DNA of 64,000 nt from IMG/VR virus record IMGVR_UViG_3300021958_000021, positions 62,001-126,000 of that record. One strand, given 5' to 3'. How positions within the stretch are numbered: the stretch's first letter is position 1; every line of letters starts with the position of its first letter. The stretch is from an uncultured virus (IMG/VR IMGVR_UViG_3300021958_000021). Taxonomy: Duplodnaviria; Heunggongvirae; Uroviricota; Caudoviricetes. Positions 20,044-30,749 of the stretch are shown here, in pieces. The position numbers and the translations under genes were made by a program. The notes beneath the pieces are model-generated. The model saw only the letters and a program-made list of their open reading frames with translations. It was not told the DNA's origin and made no database searches.

Positions 20044-20418
20044 TCAACCTTTCCTCCTTTTATAAGTTTTACAAGCGGCACAGGTTGGTCGGCATCTTTG
20101 CTTTGTTCCTTTAGAAGCATCCTTTCTTCCGCAAGGTTTTGTTCCTTCCTTATCATCTTCGCAAGATTGACAAGAAACCCAACCTTTCTGTCCATCTCCA
20201 CCTCTTCTTGAAAACCAACCGTGAAGTCCTTCCTCTTTTTCTCTTTTGAAATTATCTCCGCCTTTTTTTACAGAATTACCCCAATTCTTTGCACCGACCT
20301 TTCGGCATTGAACCAAAGCACCTGAAGCATAAGCAGAAGGCCATTTCTTATAACGACTCCGCACCTTATGATAACAGGCATCTTTTTCCTTTATGAGTTC
20401 TTCAAACCATAAGGACAT
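20044..20418 (-). CDS. Tagged basic Cys-rich protein
   Basis: MSLWFEELIK; KDACYHKV..RYKKWPSAYASGALVQCRK resembles a conserved marine phage protein family. Confidence 0.65.
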   Translation of the reverse strand: MSLWFEELIKEKDACYHKVRSRYKKWPSAYASGALVQCRKVGAKNWGNSVKKGGDNFKREKEEGLHGWFSRRGGDGQKGWVSCQSCEDDKEGTKPCGRKDASKGTKQRCRPTCAACKTYKRRKG

Positions 20419-22042
20419 TTAAATCACCCTTCCAAACGCTTCCTTTTTCTTCCACATATAACTTAATATATGTATGCATTCTTCCTATCGCATAATTGTA
20501 ATTATTTCCTGATTCATACATATAATCTGCTATTTTTAATTCATGTAAAATTTTATTAAGTCTTTCATTGTCGTGTGATTTTCCTCTATTTAAAGATAAA
20601 ATGTTTTTTGCTGTTTTAATAATATGTTCTACTGCGCTATCATCTAATCCTTTCTTTTGTCTTAAATAAGGCGTGGAACTTTTAATAACTGTTCCGATTT
20701 GTTCAAGCGAATCCATCACAGAAATTTTACAATTATCTTTATATTTTTGAATATCGTCAAGATTAATATTTTCTTTTGTCCAATCAAATCCTACATGGTC
20801 TTTATGATTTTCCCACTTCATTAATTTAAAAATTTCATCACATCTATTTTTATACCAGTCTGCTTTCTTGTATGATTTCTTCATACGAATCAATTCAAGA
20901 AGCAATTCAGCATTACCTTTCTTTAATCTAAAATGAGGTAAGCATTTTGTTAAAAGATTAGAAACATCTGCCTGTGAATAAAAATTTAAACGATTAATAA
21001 GACGAGTATCTTGTGGTGATTTTTGGTCTAAGTGCATACGGCCAAAACCAATTGATTTGTGCATTTCTTGCATAAAAGCCTTACCTCTTTCACCAGTAGC
21101 AACTAAACCTACTCTTGGGTTCATATTACGGTCAAGAGTAATATAACCATCAGAGTCAATAAACGCAGCAGTATAAGCCCAAATATTTTTCTTTATCATT
21201 GAAGGAACTTTATAGTAAGAACCCTTCACAGAAACAATATCTAGTTTTTTAATTGCCTTTGAGATAGAATTAGGGCTTGCCGCTTTATGTAAAGTAGAAG
21301 GCATTCTTTCGTGAATACTTGACGCATTAATTCCTGGATTTTCACAAACCATTTTGAGAATAAAATCATTTTGTCTTTCATTTTTTGATTTAGTAAGTGA
21401 TTGGTCAGTAATTTTGTTAATTGCTCCTCTAAAATCTTTTTTAGCAGAACTCATAGTTTTATGTAAATCAGAATATTTTTTTCCATAAGCCATTCCTGTT
21501 TGCTCAATTTCTGCCTCCCAAAACTTACAAAGAGCATCAATAGTCTCTCTTCTTAATTCAGCACTTTTCATCTTATGGAGTTTTGACAAATCTTTTTCGT
21601 TATAGCGCATCTTTCTAAGTGGAATCTGATAATCATTTAACCAAGTTATAGAATCAATACACTTATTTAAATGGTCAGTATAAGCATCAATCATTGTATC
21701 AATTGCTTTTGACATTCGTGTTCGGTGTTCTCCTTTTAATGCACGACGAGCCTTTCTCATCTTTCTAACTAAATCGGGAATAGTATGTTCTTGAACAATG
21801 TATTCATTAGGAAATTCAGTTAATCTTTTTCTTGCATCACTAGCATTAATGTTAAAAGAATTAGATAATTTAACGATTTCTTCATGCTCAGACATTACAT
21901 AAGAATTACTAAAAACACTCTTTAATTCAGTATCTAATTGTTCCTCTATGGTATCTTTGACACTCTCTTCTTCTTCGTCTAAATCGGCCAAACGGTTCAT
22001 TTGTTCAGCCGCTTGTCGGTATTTATCTGCCTGTTCTGTCAT
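20402..22042 (-). CDS. Multidomain protein with HTH and LAGLIDADG endonuclease domain
   Basis: YTAAFIDSDGYI LAGLIDADG helix and LPHFRLKK, preceded by a winged-HTH-like segment (ENPGINASSI). Confidence 0.75.
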   Translation of the reverse strand: MTEQADKYRQAAEQMNRLADLDEEEESVKDTIEEQLDTELKSVFSNSYVMSEHEEIVKLSNSFNINASDARKRLTEFPNEYIVQEHTIPDLVRKMRKARRALKGEHRTRMSKAIDTMIDAYTDHLNKCIDSITWLNDYQIPLRKMRYNEKDLSKLHKMKSAELRRETIDALCKFWEAEIEQTGMAYGKKYSDLHKTMSSAKKDFRGAINKITDQSLTKSKNERQNDFILKMVCENPGINASSIHERMPSTLHKAASPNSISKAIKKLDIVSVKGSYYKVPSMIKKNIWAYTAAFIDSDGYITLDRNMNPRVGLVATGERGKAFMQEMHKSIGFGRMHLDQKSPQDTRLINRLNFYSQADVSNLLTKCLPHFRLKKGNAELLLELIRMKKSYKKADWYKNRCDEIFKLMKWENHKDHVGFDWTKENINLDDIQKYKDNCKISVMDSLEQIGTVIKSSTPYLRQKKGLDDSAVEHIIKTAKNILSLNRGKSHDNERLNKILHELKIADYMYESGNNYNYAIGRMHTYIKLYVEEKGSVWKGDLNVLMV

Positions 22043-22051
22043 ATAAATACC

Positions 22052-23482
22052 TCAAAAGTTCAAGCCTATGGTGGACGAAAAGCCCTGTTGTGGTCGTTGT
22101 GGCTCATCACCAAACAGTCCTAAATCATCAAGGAGTATGAAGTTATCCGAGGCTTGGTATGTGGCCGCATTTGCTAAAGCAAGGCTCATCACCATGTCGT
22201 CATGCGCCCCAATTCCCTCAAACTTTCCTCGTTCAGTAATCGCAAACATTGACATTTCTTCAATCAATAATGAAGAAACTTTTCTACTCTCTTCGTTGCC
22301 GTATGGAAAGTTAATCTTTCCATTTTCAAGAGTCATCTGTAAATTAAGAATAATCTCCTGTTTCTTTCTTCGGGTTGTATCAAAATCATGAACATTTACA
22401 TCAGCAACTTGCCGAAGTTCTTGAGTAAAGGATTTAGCAAATGTGTTTGTTTCAAACAGAATAACTTCTGGTCTAAAGACCTGATTTAGTAATTTTACCT
22501 TTTGAATGTTTTCACGAAACTGAACATTTTTTGCTCTATCAACATAGACAATAGATTTATTTTCATTAGCGTCCATTTCAATGACAGTAATAACATTATA
22601 GTCGCCATCTGTTGAAATAGCAGGGTCTACGCCAATAAAATACTTATATCCTTCACGCTTCAAAGGCTTCAATACTAAGTCTTTATTCTTAGCATTCTCT
22701 AAATGTTCTGGACTAAACAAAGAAGTTCCTGTTGAAATCGGAACACACATATATTCTCTTGTGAACATCAATGAACCAACTTCCGCCTTACGAGCCATTA
22801 ATGCTTCATAGTTCCAACGCTCAGGCCATAGCGGTTCGTTTAGTGCGTTTAAACAGGGGTAAGTTCTAACAGTATAAGCAGTATTTTCTGCTAATTGTTG
22901 GTAAATATCTGTATAACTGAAAGGAGTTCCAATGACACGCAAAGAAGCGGTGTGGTGAAGAGTAGGAATCATATCACCATAAAACCAATCAGTCACTTTT
23001 TGAATACCTGTCATACTAAACTCTTTCAAAGGGTCGTCAATAATAATTTCTTGAGGGTGAAGCCCACGAATCTGCGAACCAACCGACCTCTCAAGGATTT
23101 GGTTTCCATTGGTTAATGTAATGTTTCCAATAGCCCAACCTCTTGCGGGTTTAAACTTCTTAAGCATTGGATGGGTGAACATTTTATCAATGTCTCTCAT
23201 GTGAACGAGAGTCTGCTTTTGGTTAGAAGAAATATAAAGCATTTGATATGGTGGCTCTTCAAAAATTAACTTCCATACAACCCAACTGTGCATAAATACA
23301 GATTTACCGTGGTCACGGGAACAAATAATAACTGTTCTTTGGGTAGTGTTCATTAATTCGTGCCATTCTTGAATATAGGAAGGAAAGTCAAAACCTAATA
23401 CATTTTGAAAGAAATACGGAAATGAATTGCGGGACAATTGCATATCCATTTCGTGTTCAAAATTGAAGGCTTCTAATTCCAT
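22052..23482 (-). CDS. terL: Terminase large subunit
   Basis: Walker A SRDHGKS, Walker B IIIDD, GTP coupling motif, nuclease GVDPA...HDDMVMSLALA. Confidence 0.93.
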   Translation of the reverse strand: MELEAFNFEHEMDMQLSRNSFPYFFQNVLGFDFPSYIQEWHELMNTTQRTVIICSRDHGKSVFMHSWVVWKLIFEEPPYQMLYISSNQKQTLVHMRDIDKMFTHPMLKKFKPARGWAIGNITLTNGNQILERSVGSQIRGLHPQEIIIDDPLKEFSMTGIQKVTDWFYGDMIPTLHHTASLRVIGTPFSYTDIYQQLAENTAYTVRTYPCLNALNEPLWPERWNYEALMARKAEVGSLMFTREYMCVPISTGTSLFSPEHLENAKNKDLVLKPLKREGYKYFIGVDPAISTDGDYNVITVIEMDANENKSIVYVDRAKNVQFRENIQKVKLLNQVFRPEVILFETNTFAKSFTQELRQVADVNVHDFDTTRRKKQEIILNLQMTLENGKINFPYGNEESRKVSSLLIEEMSMFAITERGKFEGIGAHDDMVMSLALANAATYQASDNFILLDDLGLFGDEPQRPQQGFSSTIGLNF

Positions 23483-25563
23483 TAATACGCCTCCTCAAGT
23501 AATTTATCTACTTCTTCTTTTTGTTTTTTACCGATAAAAATGTTTTTCTTTCTATTATCTAAAATAGTCTTGTCAATCATCGGTCTTACATGGCCTATGG
23601 GTAATCGCCAGTTAAGTTTTGTTTGTAATATTTTATCTATTCTGTCTCTTGCATTTTGCTTTCTCTCAGCAGGAGATAGTGTTGAAGAAACGGCTGGTTT
23701 AGTTTCAGGCTTTTCTTCTTTTGGTTGTGTTTCAGGCTTAACTTTACCTTGCTTAAATGCTTCTAGGCTTGTTAAAAGTTTATTTTTCTCTTCTTCTGTC
23801 ATTTTTTTATTACGGACTTCTTCTAATAATGCTGCCCCTAACTGCTGAATTGCTAATTGTGGGCCTAAACTACTCATAGTGACTCCATATTTATCTAATA
23901 CTTCTTTTACTTCTGCAAAGGTTTTTTGAGGAATAACTTCTTCTTCCCACATAGGGTATTCATCTTTTACATCTCCCCTTTTATATCCAGCATCTTCATC
24001 AGAATATTGATGTTTAGGTTTTCCATAATCACCGTCATAAATTGTAGTGAAAACTACTGCTAAATCATAAGGATTTGTTGCTTTACCTGCACGAGAACTA
24101 GTTTTTGCCTGTTGTGGTAGGGTATCTCCTTTACCAAGCATTTCAAAAACAATTATTTCATTTCTGTTAGGTTTAATATAAAACCAACCATGTTTAGAAG
24201 AAGGAGGATTACTTAAAATCTTTTTTGCGAACATATCTAAATCTTCTTCTGTATATATGTCAGTATTTTTAAGATATTGTTCACCCCTATAAATGTAATG
24301 CCCACTAACATAAACTCTTTCGTTTGTTGGAACATCTTCGTCCTTTTTAGCATCTCTCATAGAAACAGGTGCTTTACTTTTATATCCGCCAGCATCATGT
24401 GGCTTATAAAAGTCAAAATCAACATAACTACTATCTGGCCTCCACTTAAGAATATCTTTCCAAGACTTCTCAAAAGTTGGGAAAATATTCTTTGGTTCTT
24501 TTGGTAGTCTCCTATTATTTGGTTTTCTTCCCAATCCTCTCACCCCATATTTTCCATGAATGTTAAGAAATTTTCTTCCTTTTGGAATACCTTGTCCTCT
24601 TTTGACTTTACCGACCATTTCTTTGCTAACGCCTGTAAAAACAATAGCAGTTTCAAATCCTTCCAAATTAAGTTTCTTATCTGCGGTTGCTGTGTAAGGC
24701 TCTCCTTGTTTGATAACATCAATCATAACATAAGTATTGTCTTGCTTTACATTTGTTCCAAAGAACCAGTATTTTCCTTTCTTTAGATTCATCTCAGTTA
24801 ATTTTTCTAACCAACCTTTCATTAAAGTAGTCCCTGCATTTGGTATTCTGTCGCTAACCTGTCTTAAATATTGCTGAGAGACAAATGCCTTATATTCTGC
24901 TTTACCCTTTGACTTAATATTTTTGTCTTTAAATCTGTCTCTTGTTCCTAAGTCGGGTGCAGGTTCTCCCAACTCAAAATCATCCCAAGTGTTATCGGGT
25001 AAGTATTTGAGAAGATTAAACCAAGCAGGAGCAGGGTCGTCAAGATAGATACACTTAGCAAACTCACCCTTACCACGAATAGAACGAATAGCCCAATTAC
25101 CATTAGGATATGCACTATTCCATTCATTAACTACTGATTCGGGAAGCATTTGTTTTGCTTGTTCCCAATTCTCGCTATCTGGAAAAATCCATCCATTCTG
25201 TTTTGCAGTAGAAATCCAACGAGCATTATTACCATCCCTATGTCCAAAAGCAGCAACTAAAGGTTTAGATTGATTTAACTGTGGCTCTCTCGCATCCTGT
25301 AATGCACGATTATTTCCACCTATTTCTCTTCCTTTAGCACTAGCATACATTCCACCAACAACAGTATGTGATGGGTGTTCTTTGAAGCCGACTGTTGATA
25401 TTGCTTTATTATCATCATCAACACGAATAAGCCAGTTATCTAAAGCATAAAGACCAGTTTCTAAATCCTTTCTGCGAGTATAAGGGTCGTCAGGGTTATC
25501 CTGAGCAAACCTTCTTTTCATATCTTCATATGAAAATATCGCAGGAAGAACCTTAACCATCAA
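23482..25563 (-). CDS. Modular protein with an N-terminal GNAT-like domain and internal WxxILK motifs
   Basis: VGGMYASAKGREIGG (GNAT-like); internal AWFNLLK and SWKDILK. Confidence 0.55.
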   Translation of the reverse strand: MMVKVLPAIFSYEDMKRRFAQDNPDDPYTRRKDLETGLYALDNWLIRVDDDNKAISTVGFKEHPSHTVVGGMYASAKGREIGGNNRALQDAREPQLNQSKPLVAAFGHRDGNNARWISTAKQNGWIFPDSENWEQAKQMLPESVVNEWNSAYPNGNWAIRSIRGKGEFAKCIYLDDPAPAWFNLLKYLPDNTWDDFELGEPAPDLGTRDRFKDKNIKSKGKAEYKAFVSQQYLRQVSDRIPNAGTTLMKGWLEKLTEMNLKKGKYWFFGTNVKQDNTYVMIDVIKQGEPYTATADKKLNLEGFETAIVFTGVSKEMVGKVKRGQGIPKGRKFLNIHGKYGVRGLGRKPNNRRLPKEPKNIFPTFEKSWKDILKWRPDSSYVDFDFYKPHDAGGYKSKAPVSMRDAKKDEDVPTNERVYVSGHYIYRGEQYLKNTDIYTEEDLDMFAKKILSNPPSSKHGWFYIKPNRNEIIVFEMLGKGDTLPQQAKTSSRAGKATNPYDLAVVFTTIYDGDYGKPKHQYSDEDAGYKRGDVKDEYPMWEEEVIPQKTFAEVKEVLDKYGVTMSSLGPQLAIQQLGAALLEEVRNKKMTEEEKNKLLTSLEAFKQGKVKPETQPKEEKPETKPAVSSTLSPAERKQNARDRIDKILQTKLNWRLPIGHVRPMIDKTILDNRKKNIFIGKKQKEEVDKLLEEAY

Positions 25564-25566
25564 ACA

Positions 25567-28023
25567 TCACCTAAACGATGCTTTGATTAGATAAACCTGT
25601 TCACTACTAATACCATATTCTCTTGAAATATTTTCGTGAGAATCAACAGCCTTAATAATCTGTTCCACCTCAAATGAAGTCAAGTCAATATTATCATCAA
25701 CTTGAAGTTTAGTAATCATCTTATTAATACCGTAATCATTAAGAGGAATTTGTCCGTAAATAACTTGCTTTCCTAATTGTTCTCTAATTGCATCGTGAGC
25801 CTTTAATAATTTGTGAAGAAGAACAGGTAAGTCCACTTGAGCCGACTCAAAGATAGCCTTCAAATTGTTATATGCTTTCTTAGAAGCAGGAGATTTTTTC
25901 GTAAGAATACCTTGATTCATGTCTAACCAATGAGGCAAAGCAAAAACAGGGAAAGGTTTTCGTGCTTTGAAGTCTTTGTAAAATTGCTCGGCTCTTTTCT
26001 TAATAGACTTACCATCAAAGTCTTTCTTTTCTTTTTCCATGCTTCCAGTTTCTCGCATATAATGATGCAATAGTGCGGCAGCATAATTATTGTTTTTCTC
26101 TTGAGTGCCTTGACCAAAAATTTCAGTTAATGCGTCAGCAAACTCTTCACCATCAGTAATCAAACCAGAATCAATTTTAACTTCGGGCATAAAGATAACA
26201 TTGAGAAAATCAGCAATAGCATTCATATCCCCAACATCAATTTCTTCTCTTGAACCCTCAAAAAGAGTATCATACGCACCAGACATAACAGTATCTAAGC
26301 CCAAATCAAGACTTAAGGTTTGCATAACCTTTGAACCAATACTAGAAGCAAAATTAGGCATTTCAATAGGTAGCATACCACTATAAATCGGGTCAAAGAA
26401 ATAAGCAATAGCAGAATCCATCATCTTCTGCAAGTCACTTTTAAAACCTTCTAATTCTCCTCTTAGTTGGCCTTTTTGATTTAAAGACAAGGGAACCTTT
26501 GCTCCACCAATTAAACCAACGGTTGAACCTTGTGCTTCTCTTGCTTCAAAATCACTACCTCTTCCTCTTCCTTTGGAACTTCGGGCTTCAACCTCCATTC
26601 GGAAATCGTCATCACTTAAAATTTCATATAAGTCATTAAAGAAATTTTTAATGTTATCAATATTTTGAACACTAATTTTTTCTCCATCAACAAAAGAAGG
26701 GAATGAATCTTCTTCATAAATTTGATTAAACTTAGCATTATTAAGAACAGAAATAGGCAAGGCCATAACATCAACTTCGCCTTCATCAAGAATCTGAGTA
26801 TCTTCAACTTGTTCTAACCATTCTTCAACATCTCTAGTAGTTTCTAAAGTAACTCCTTCTCCCTCATCTAAACTATCTAAAATATCATCAAGAACTTCAA
26901 GAATTTCTCTTTCCATATCTTGAGTAATAGCAATTAACTTTTCTCCTCTATTATATTCATAAACCAATAAAGGGTCAGTTGATTCTAAAATATGTCCTAA
27001 TTCATCTTTCCAAGTGTATTCTTCTCCTAATTCAGATAAATCAACAGTATCGCCTTCATTACTACCTCTAGAAAGAGAACTACTCATATCCTGTAATAGT
27101 TCTTGGTTCACATCTGCGGCATCAAATTCATCTTTGTAATTTCCTGCATTAGTTTCTTTAGTAAGCATTCTATCCATAGCCAGTTTATAAGAAACAGCGT
27201 TAAAGAAACGATGATAACCAGACTCAAATTTTCTATCAACATTATCAAACTTAGCAATATATTCTAAGTTTAAATCATTAAACCGACGAGACAAATCATC
27301 AAACTTAGATTGAGTAGTCTCATCCCATTCAATTTCTCTAACTTCAATAAAGAAGTTAGCCATATCTTCTTCAAACTGTTCATATAGGCCACCAATTTTT
27401 GCCCAGTAATTATATACTTCAATACGATTGCTTTTCTTAGAAACATCAATCGCTCCTAGAACACTATTAATATCAATAGTAAAAGAACTATATTGAGTAG
27501 TTTCTAATCTATCTTCAAGAACTTCTTTTACCTTTTCAAGATTATATCTTAATTCTTCATTAATTAAAGATGTAGGGCCAAGCATCATATTTAGTTCTTT
27601 CATCACTTCTGCTTTGGGACTCCTAACATCAATGCTTCCTTTAATTTTTTGATTTAGTAATTGATTAGAAGAAACTCTTGCTCCTTGATTATATAGATTT
27701 AAAGACATAATGTTTGAAACCATTCCAGAAGACTGTTGTTGCGAAGCCCGTTCCTGTTTCATAGGCTTGGTTTTCAATTGTTCTGTAATATATTTTCTTG
27801 CTGCTTTTCCTTTCTCAGCAATACCCGATAGTGCTTTTTCTCTTTCGGAAGCATCTTCAATTAGCCGAGCCTTATCTCTAAGAGAATCGGTAAAGCGATT
27901 TAAAATAGAACGCATCTCGGTTCTTTTCTCGGCGGTTTCTGCTCTCGCTAATCCTTCAAGCCTTTCACGGCTAAGGTCTAGCATTTCTTTTTCTTCCTTT
28001 GTTAATTCAACCATCCTAATCAC
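25567..28023 (-). CDS. Large acidic protein (putative internal virion protein)
   Basis: 818 aa ORF with a C-terminal HTH-like end (ISREYGISSEQVYLIK). Confidence 0.6.
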   Translation of the reverse strand: MIRMVELTKEEKEMLDLSRERLEGLARAETAEKRTEMRSILNRFTDSLRDKARLIEDASEREKALSGIAEKGKAARKYITEQLKTKPMKQERASQQQSSGMVSNIMSLNLYNQGARVSSNQLLNQKIKGSIDVRSPKAEVMKELNMMLGPTSLINEELRYNLEKVKEVLEDRLETTQYSSFTIDINSVLGAIDVSKKSNRIEVYNYWAKIGGLYEQFEEDMANFFIEVREIEWDETTQSKFDDLSRRFNDLNLEYIAKFDNVDRKFESGYHRFFNAVSYKLAMDRMLTKETNAGNYKDEFDAADVNQELLQDMSSSLSRGSNEGDTVDLSELGEEYTWKDELGHILESTDPLLVYEYNRGEKLIAITQDMEREILEVLDDILDSLDEGEGVTLETTRDVEEWLEQVEDTQILDEGEVDVMALPISVLNNAKFNQIYEEDSFPSFVDGEKISVQNIDNIKNFFNDLYEILSDDDFRMEVEARSSKGRGRGSDFEAREAQGSTVGLIGGAKVPLSLNQKGQLRGELEGFKSDLQKMMDSAIAYFFDPIYSGMLPIEMPNFASSIGSKVMQTLSLDLGLDTVMSGAYDTLFEGSREEIDVGDMNAIADFLNVIFMPEVKIDSGLITDGEEFADALTEIFGQGTQEKNNNYAAALLHHYMRETGSMEKEKKDFDGKSIKKRAEQFYKDFKARKPFPVFALPHWLDMNQGILTKKSPASKKAYNNLKAIFESAQVDLPVLLHKLLKAHDAIREQLGKQVIYGQIPLNDYGINKMITKLQVDDNIDLTSFEVEQIIKAVDSHENISREYGISSEQVYLIKASFR

Positions 28024-30295
28024 TCACTTGTTGTCTAATGATGTTTGCCTCAAGGAACCTTTTATTAGCAAGAATAACTTGGTTGTCTGGGAATGAGGCT
28101 GGATTTTTAACAAATTTCTCAAGATGTAATTTAAACCCTTCAATAATCTGTTTTTTGATATTTTCTATAATGTTAGGCATATTGTCATTTAATTTCTTAG
28201 CCGCCTCTTGCGCTTCTGCTGAATCGGGGTTAGCGTCTATGGTCTTAAAGGATTCCCTTACTTCCTCGTCGCCAACCAACTCATCAACTTGAGCAAAGAA
28301 ACTTAAACTTCTTTCGGGAGTAATTGTCTCTAAAGCAGATGCTTTATTTTCTAAAGTGTCAGCGAGTTTTATTAAGCCCCCACTATCCTTTAATTTTTTA
28401 CCCATCATAATAATATATGCTTCAAAATCTTCCATGTTTAAAACTTCTTGACGAAGGGTTTCAGTTTGAGCAGAAATATCTATTTCTTTTTTACCTTCTA
28501 ATCTTTTCTCAGTTTGAGCAATATCTCTTTTGAGATTCTTAATTTTTTCTTCTTGTCTTGAAATAGATTCAAGTTTATCCTTCGGTAATTTTGCTTTTCT
28601 TCGCATGGCTGTTTCTAATTTTTGTTTAAGATTAGAAAGTGTTTCCTCAGTCTTTGTTTTTGCACTTTCGGATAACTCAGCAGTTTTACCTCTAACTCCT
28701 TCCTTATATGCAGTTTTGGGAGAAACTTGTTTTAATTCTCCTGTTTCATCATCAATAACTTTAATTACTGCATAATTTGCTTTTTCTTTACCTGAATACC
28801 ATCTCATTATTTTTTGTCCAGATTCATCATATTGTTCGTTTCCATTTTCATCAAGGTCAGGCCCAAGAAACTTTGTGTCATATCCGTCTCTAAAATATTC
28901 AACAGTAAAATCTTCACCTTCTTCATAAAATAGTTCATCTTCTAAAGAGTTAATATAAGCAGTAGCCTCTTTAATAGTAAAATTACCTTCAAGGAATGTC
29001 AATTGTTCTTTTTGTCTATTTAGTGCTTCTGTGGAAATTATGTTCTGGATTCTCTCACTATCAGAAATAATTTTTCTAATTTCAGAAGTAATTTGTTTTC
29101 TAGACTTTGAGCCAAGTCCATCAATACTAGTAAAAGCACGAATATTAAACTTTCTATCAGTAGATGTTTTACCAGCAATTAATGCTTGATAAATCTCTTC
29201 AATAATTGTTTCAGTTGCCTGTTCTTCTGTAAGTAACTGCTGGACTCTTATAGAATTAAAGAAAGGTTTAGCCCAATCATTAGGAAAGTCGTTTGTAAGA
29301 ATAATTTTAACAAAAGGATTAACATTTAAAGATTTAGGACTAGATTTATCCAAGAAAATAACAGAAGCAAAGTCAGAACCGTTTGGAAATTTTTTAGGCC
29401 TAAATGCTCTTACACTTCCAGCAATATTATCAACCGCACTAATGTATTTCATAACAGAAGCACCAGTAAAAGGCTCAACGATTTCCATTTTTTCGCCTGT
29501 TGCTACAAAAATCTTCTTTTGACGAACTAAATCATCAACTTCAACAGATTCGCTGCCTGAAACAAATAACATTTTCGTATTTGTCTTGCTTCCATCGGGA
29601 TTTCTCATAATTTTGTTGTAAGTTTGCTTAACCCTGTCTTTTTGCGTAATAGTCGCATCATCGTCAATGATTTCCTTTGTCTTTTTGCTTCTTTTTGGAA
29701 CCATTAGAGCAACTAATTCACCATTATCTTTTAAATCTGTCAAAATTGAGCCTTCTTTTAGTTCTCCGCCGATTGCTTCGGCAAAATCAGCCAAAAGTTG
29801 CTCATTTGATGGTGGATTTTCAAACATAATTACAGATTTTCCTGATTTTTCACGCAAAATGTCCAAAGCATCTCTAATATCTCGGTTGGATTGGAGGGTT
29901 CTCTTACCTAAATTAGCATTTTGCTCAATTTCTTCCAAAATTTCATCAACTTTTTGTTGATTTGATTGACTTTTGGCCTCCATAGCCTCATTGAGTAGCC
30001 TTCTTACATCATCAATTGTCATAAAACTAGCGGCTTCCTTCAATTTTTGAATATTTTCTTGCATTTGCTCAATGGTTTGGTCGCCAAACGGAGGTTGACC
30101 GTATAAATCTTTCAGTTTTTGCAGGTCAATTGTCCCTGCATCCACTTGACGAAGCACATCTTTCAATTTTTGGGGCTCAGTTTTAAGATTTTTAATGTCT
30201 TCAACTGCTTTTGCTGTTTGAGCAGCATTAACAATTACAAAGGCCAAAGTATTTTTGTTCGATGGAATCATTTTTAACTGCTCAAACCAACTCAT
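28016..30295 (-). CDS. Large tagged protein (putative internal virion protein)
   Basis: Probable start MSWFEQLK within the junction repeat, after an AGGAG RBS. Confidence 0.65.
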   Translation of the reverse strand: MSWFEQLKMIPSNKNTLAFVIVNAAQTAKAVEDIKNLKTEPQKLKDVLRQVDAGTIDLQKLKDLYGQPPFGDQTIEQMQENIQKLKEAASFMTIDDVRRLLNEAMEAKSQSNQQKVDEILEEIEQNANLGKRTLQSNRDIRDALDILREKSGKSVIMFENPPSNEQLLADFAEAIGGELKEGSILTDLKDNGELVALMVPKRSKKTKEIIDDDATITQKDRVKQTYNKIMRNPDGSKTNTKMLFVSGSESVEVDDLVRQKKIFVATGEKMEIVEPFTGASVMKYISAVDNIAGSVRAFRPKKFPNGSDFASVIFLDKSSPKSLNVNPFVKIILTNDFPNDWAKPFFNSIRVQQLLTEEQATETIIEEIYQALIAGKTSTDRKFNIRAFTSIDGLGSKSRKQITSEIRKIISDSERIQNIISTEALNRQKEQLTFLEGNFTIKEATAYINSLEDELFYEEGEDFTVEYFRDGYDTKFLGPDLDENGNEQYDESGQKIMRWYSGKEKANYAVIKVIDDETGELKQVSPKTAYKEGVRGKTAELSESAKTKTEETLSNLKQKLETAMRRKAKLPKDKLESISRQEEKIKNLKRDIAQTEKRLEGKKEIDISAQTETLRQEVLNMEDFEAYIIMMGKKLKDSGGLIKLADTLENKASALETITPERSLSFFAQVDELVGDEEVRESFKTIDANPDSAEAQEAAKKLNDNMPNIIENIKKQIIEGFKLHLEKFVKNPASFPDNQVILANKRFLEANIIRQQVSD

Positions 30296-30311
30296 TGTAA
30301 TTTCTCCTGAA

Positions 30312-30749
30312 TTATCTTTTCCATGAAGGAATGTTCTTTTCATCAGTAGTCCAGCCTTCTCCGCCTGTTCTTTCCCATGATTGGGGATTAGAAAAATATT
30401 CTTGAATTAATTCCCATAATGCTTTTCTTTGGGGCAAGTTATCTTCTTGTTGCATAATTTCCATAAGAACGCCCGAAATAGTATTAGAAACACCATATCT
30501 ACCTCTATTGAATTTATTTTTACCTGAAACTTTTTTAAAGGCCGTTATAAATTTATCAACACCAACATAAGTTTTATCCTTTAATTCATATTGAATACCG
30601 CTTCCCATTTGGTCTTTAGTCATAAAATCTTTCATTTCTTTTGGGTTTTCCATATCTTCCCAAGCATTAGATTCTTCTAAATAACTAGGGCCAGCAACGC
30701 CCTTTCTATCATGTTCAAATCTTGATTTGATTATATCTTTCCAACTCAT
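30312..30749 (-). CDS. WxxIIK-tagged hypothetical protein
   Basis: N-terminus MSWKDIIKS. Confidence 0.65.
   Translation of the reverse strand: MSWKDIIKSRFEHDRKGVAGPSYLEESNAWEDMENPKEMKDFMTKDQMGSGIQYELKDKTYVGVDKFITAFKKVSGKNKFNRGRYGVSNTISGVLMEIMQQEDNLPQRKALWELIQEYFSNPQSWERTGGEGWTTDEKNIPSWKR

Noticed and set aside
20402..22042. Intein in or next to the terminase
   Set aside because: The LAGLIDADG domain is in a separate ORF, terL is uninterrupted, and no intein terminal motifs are visible
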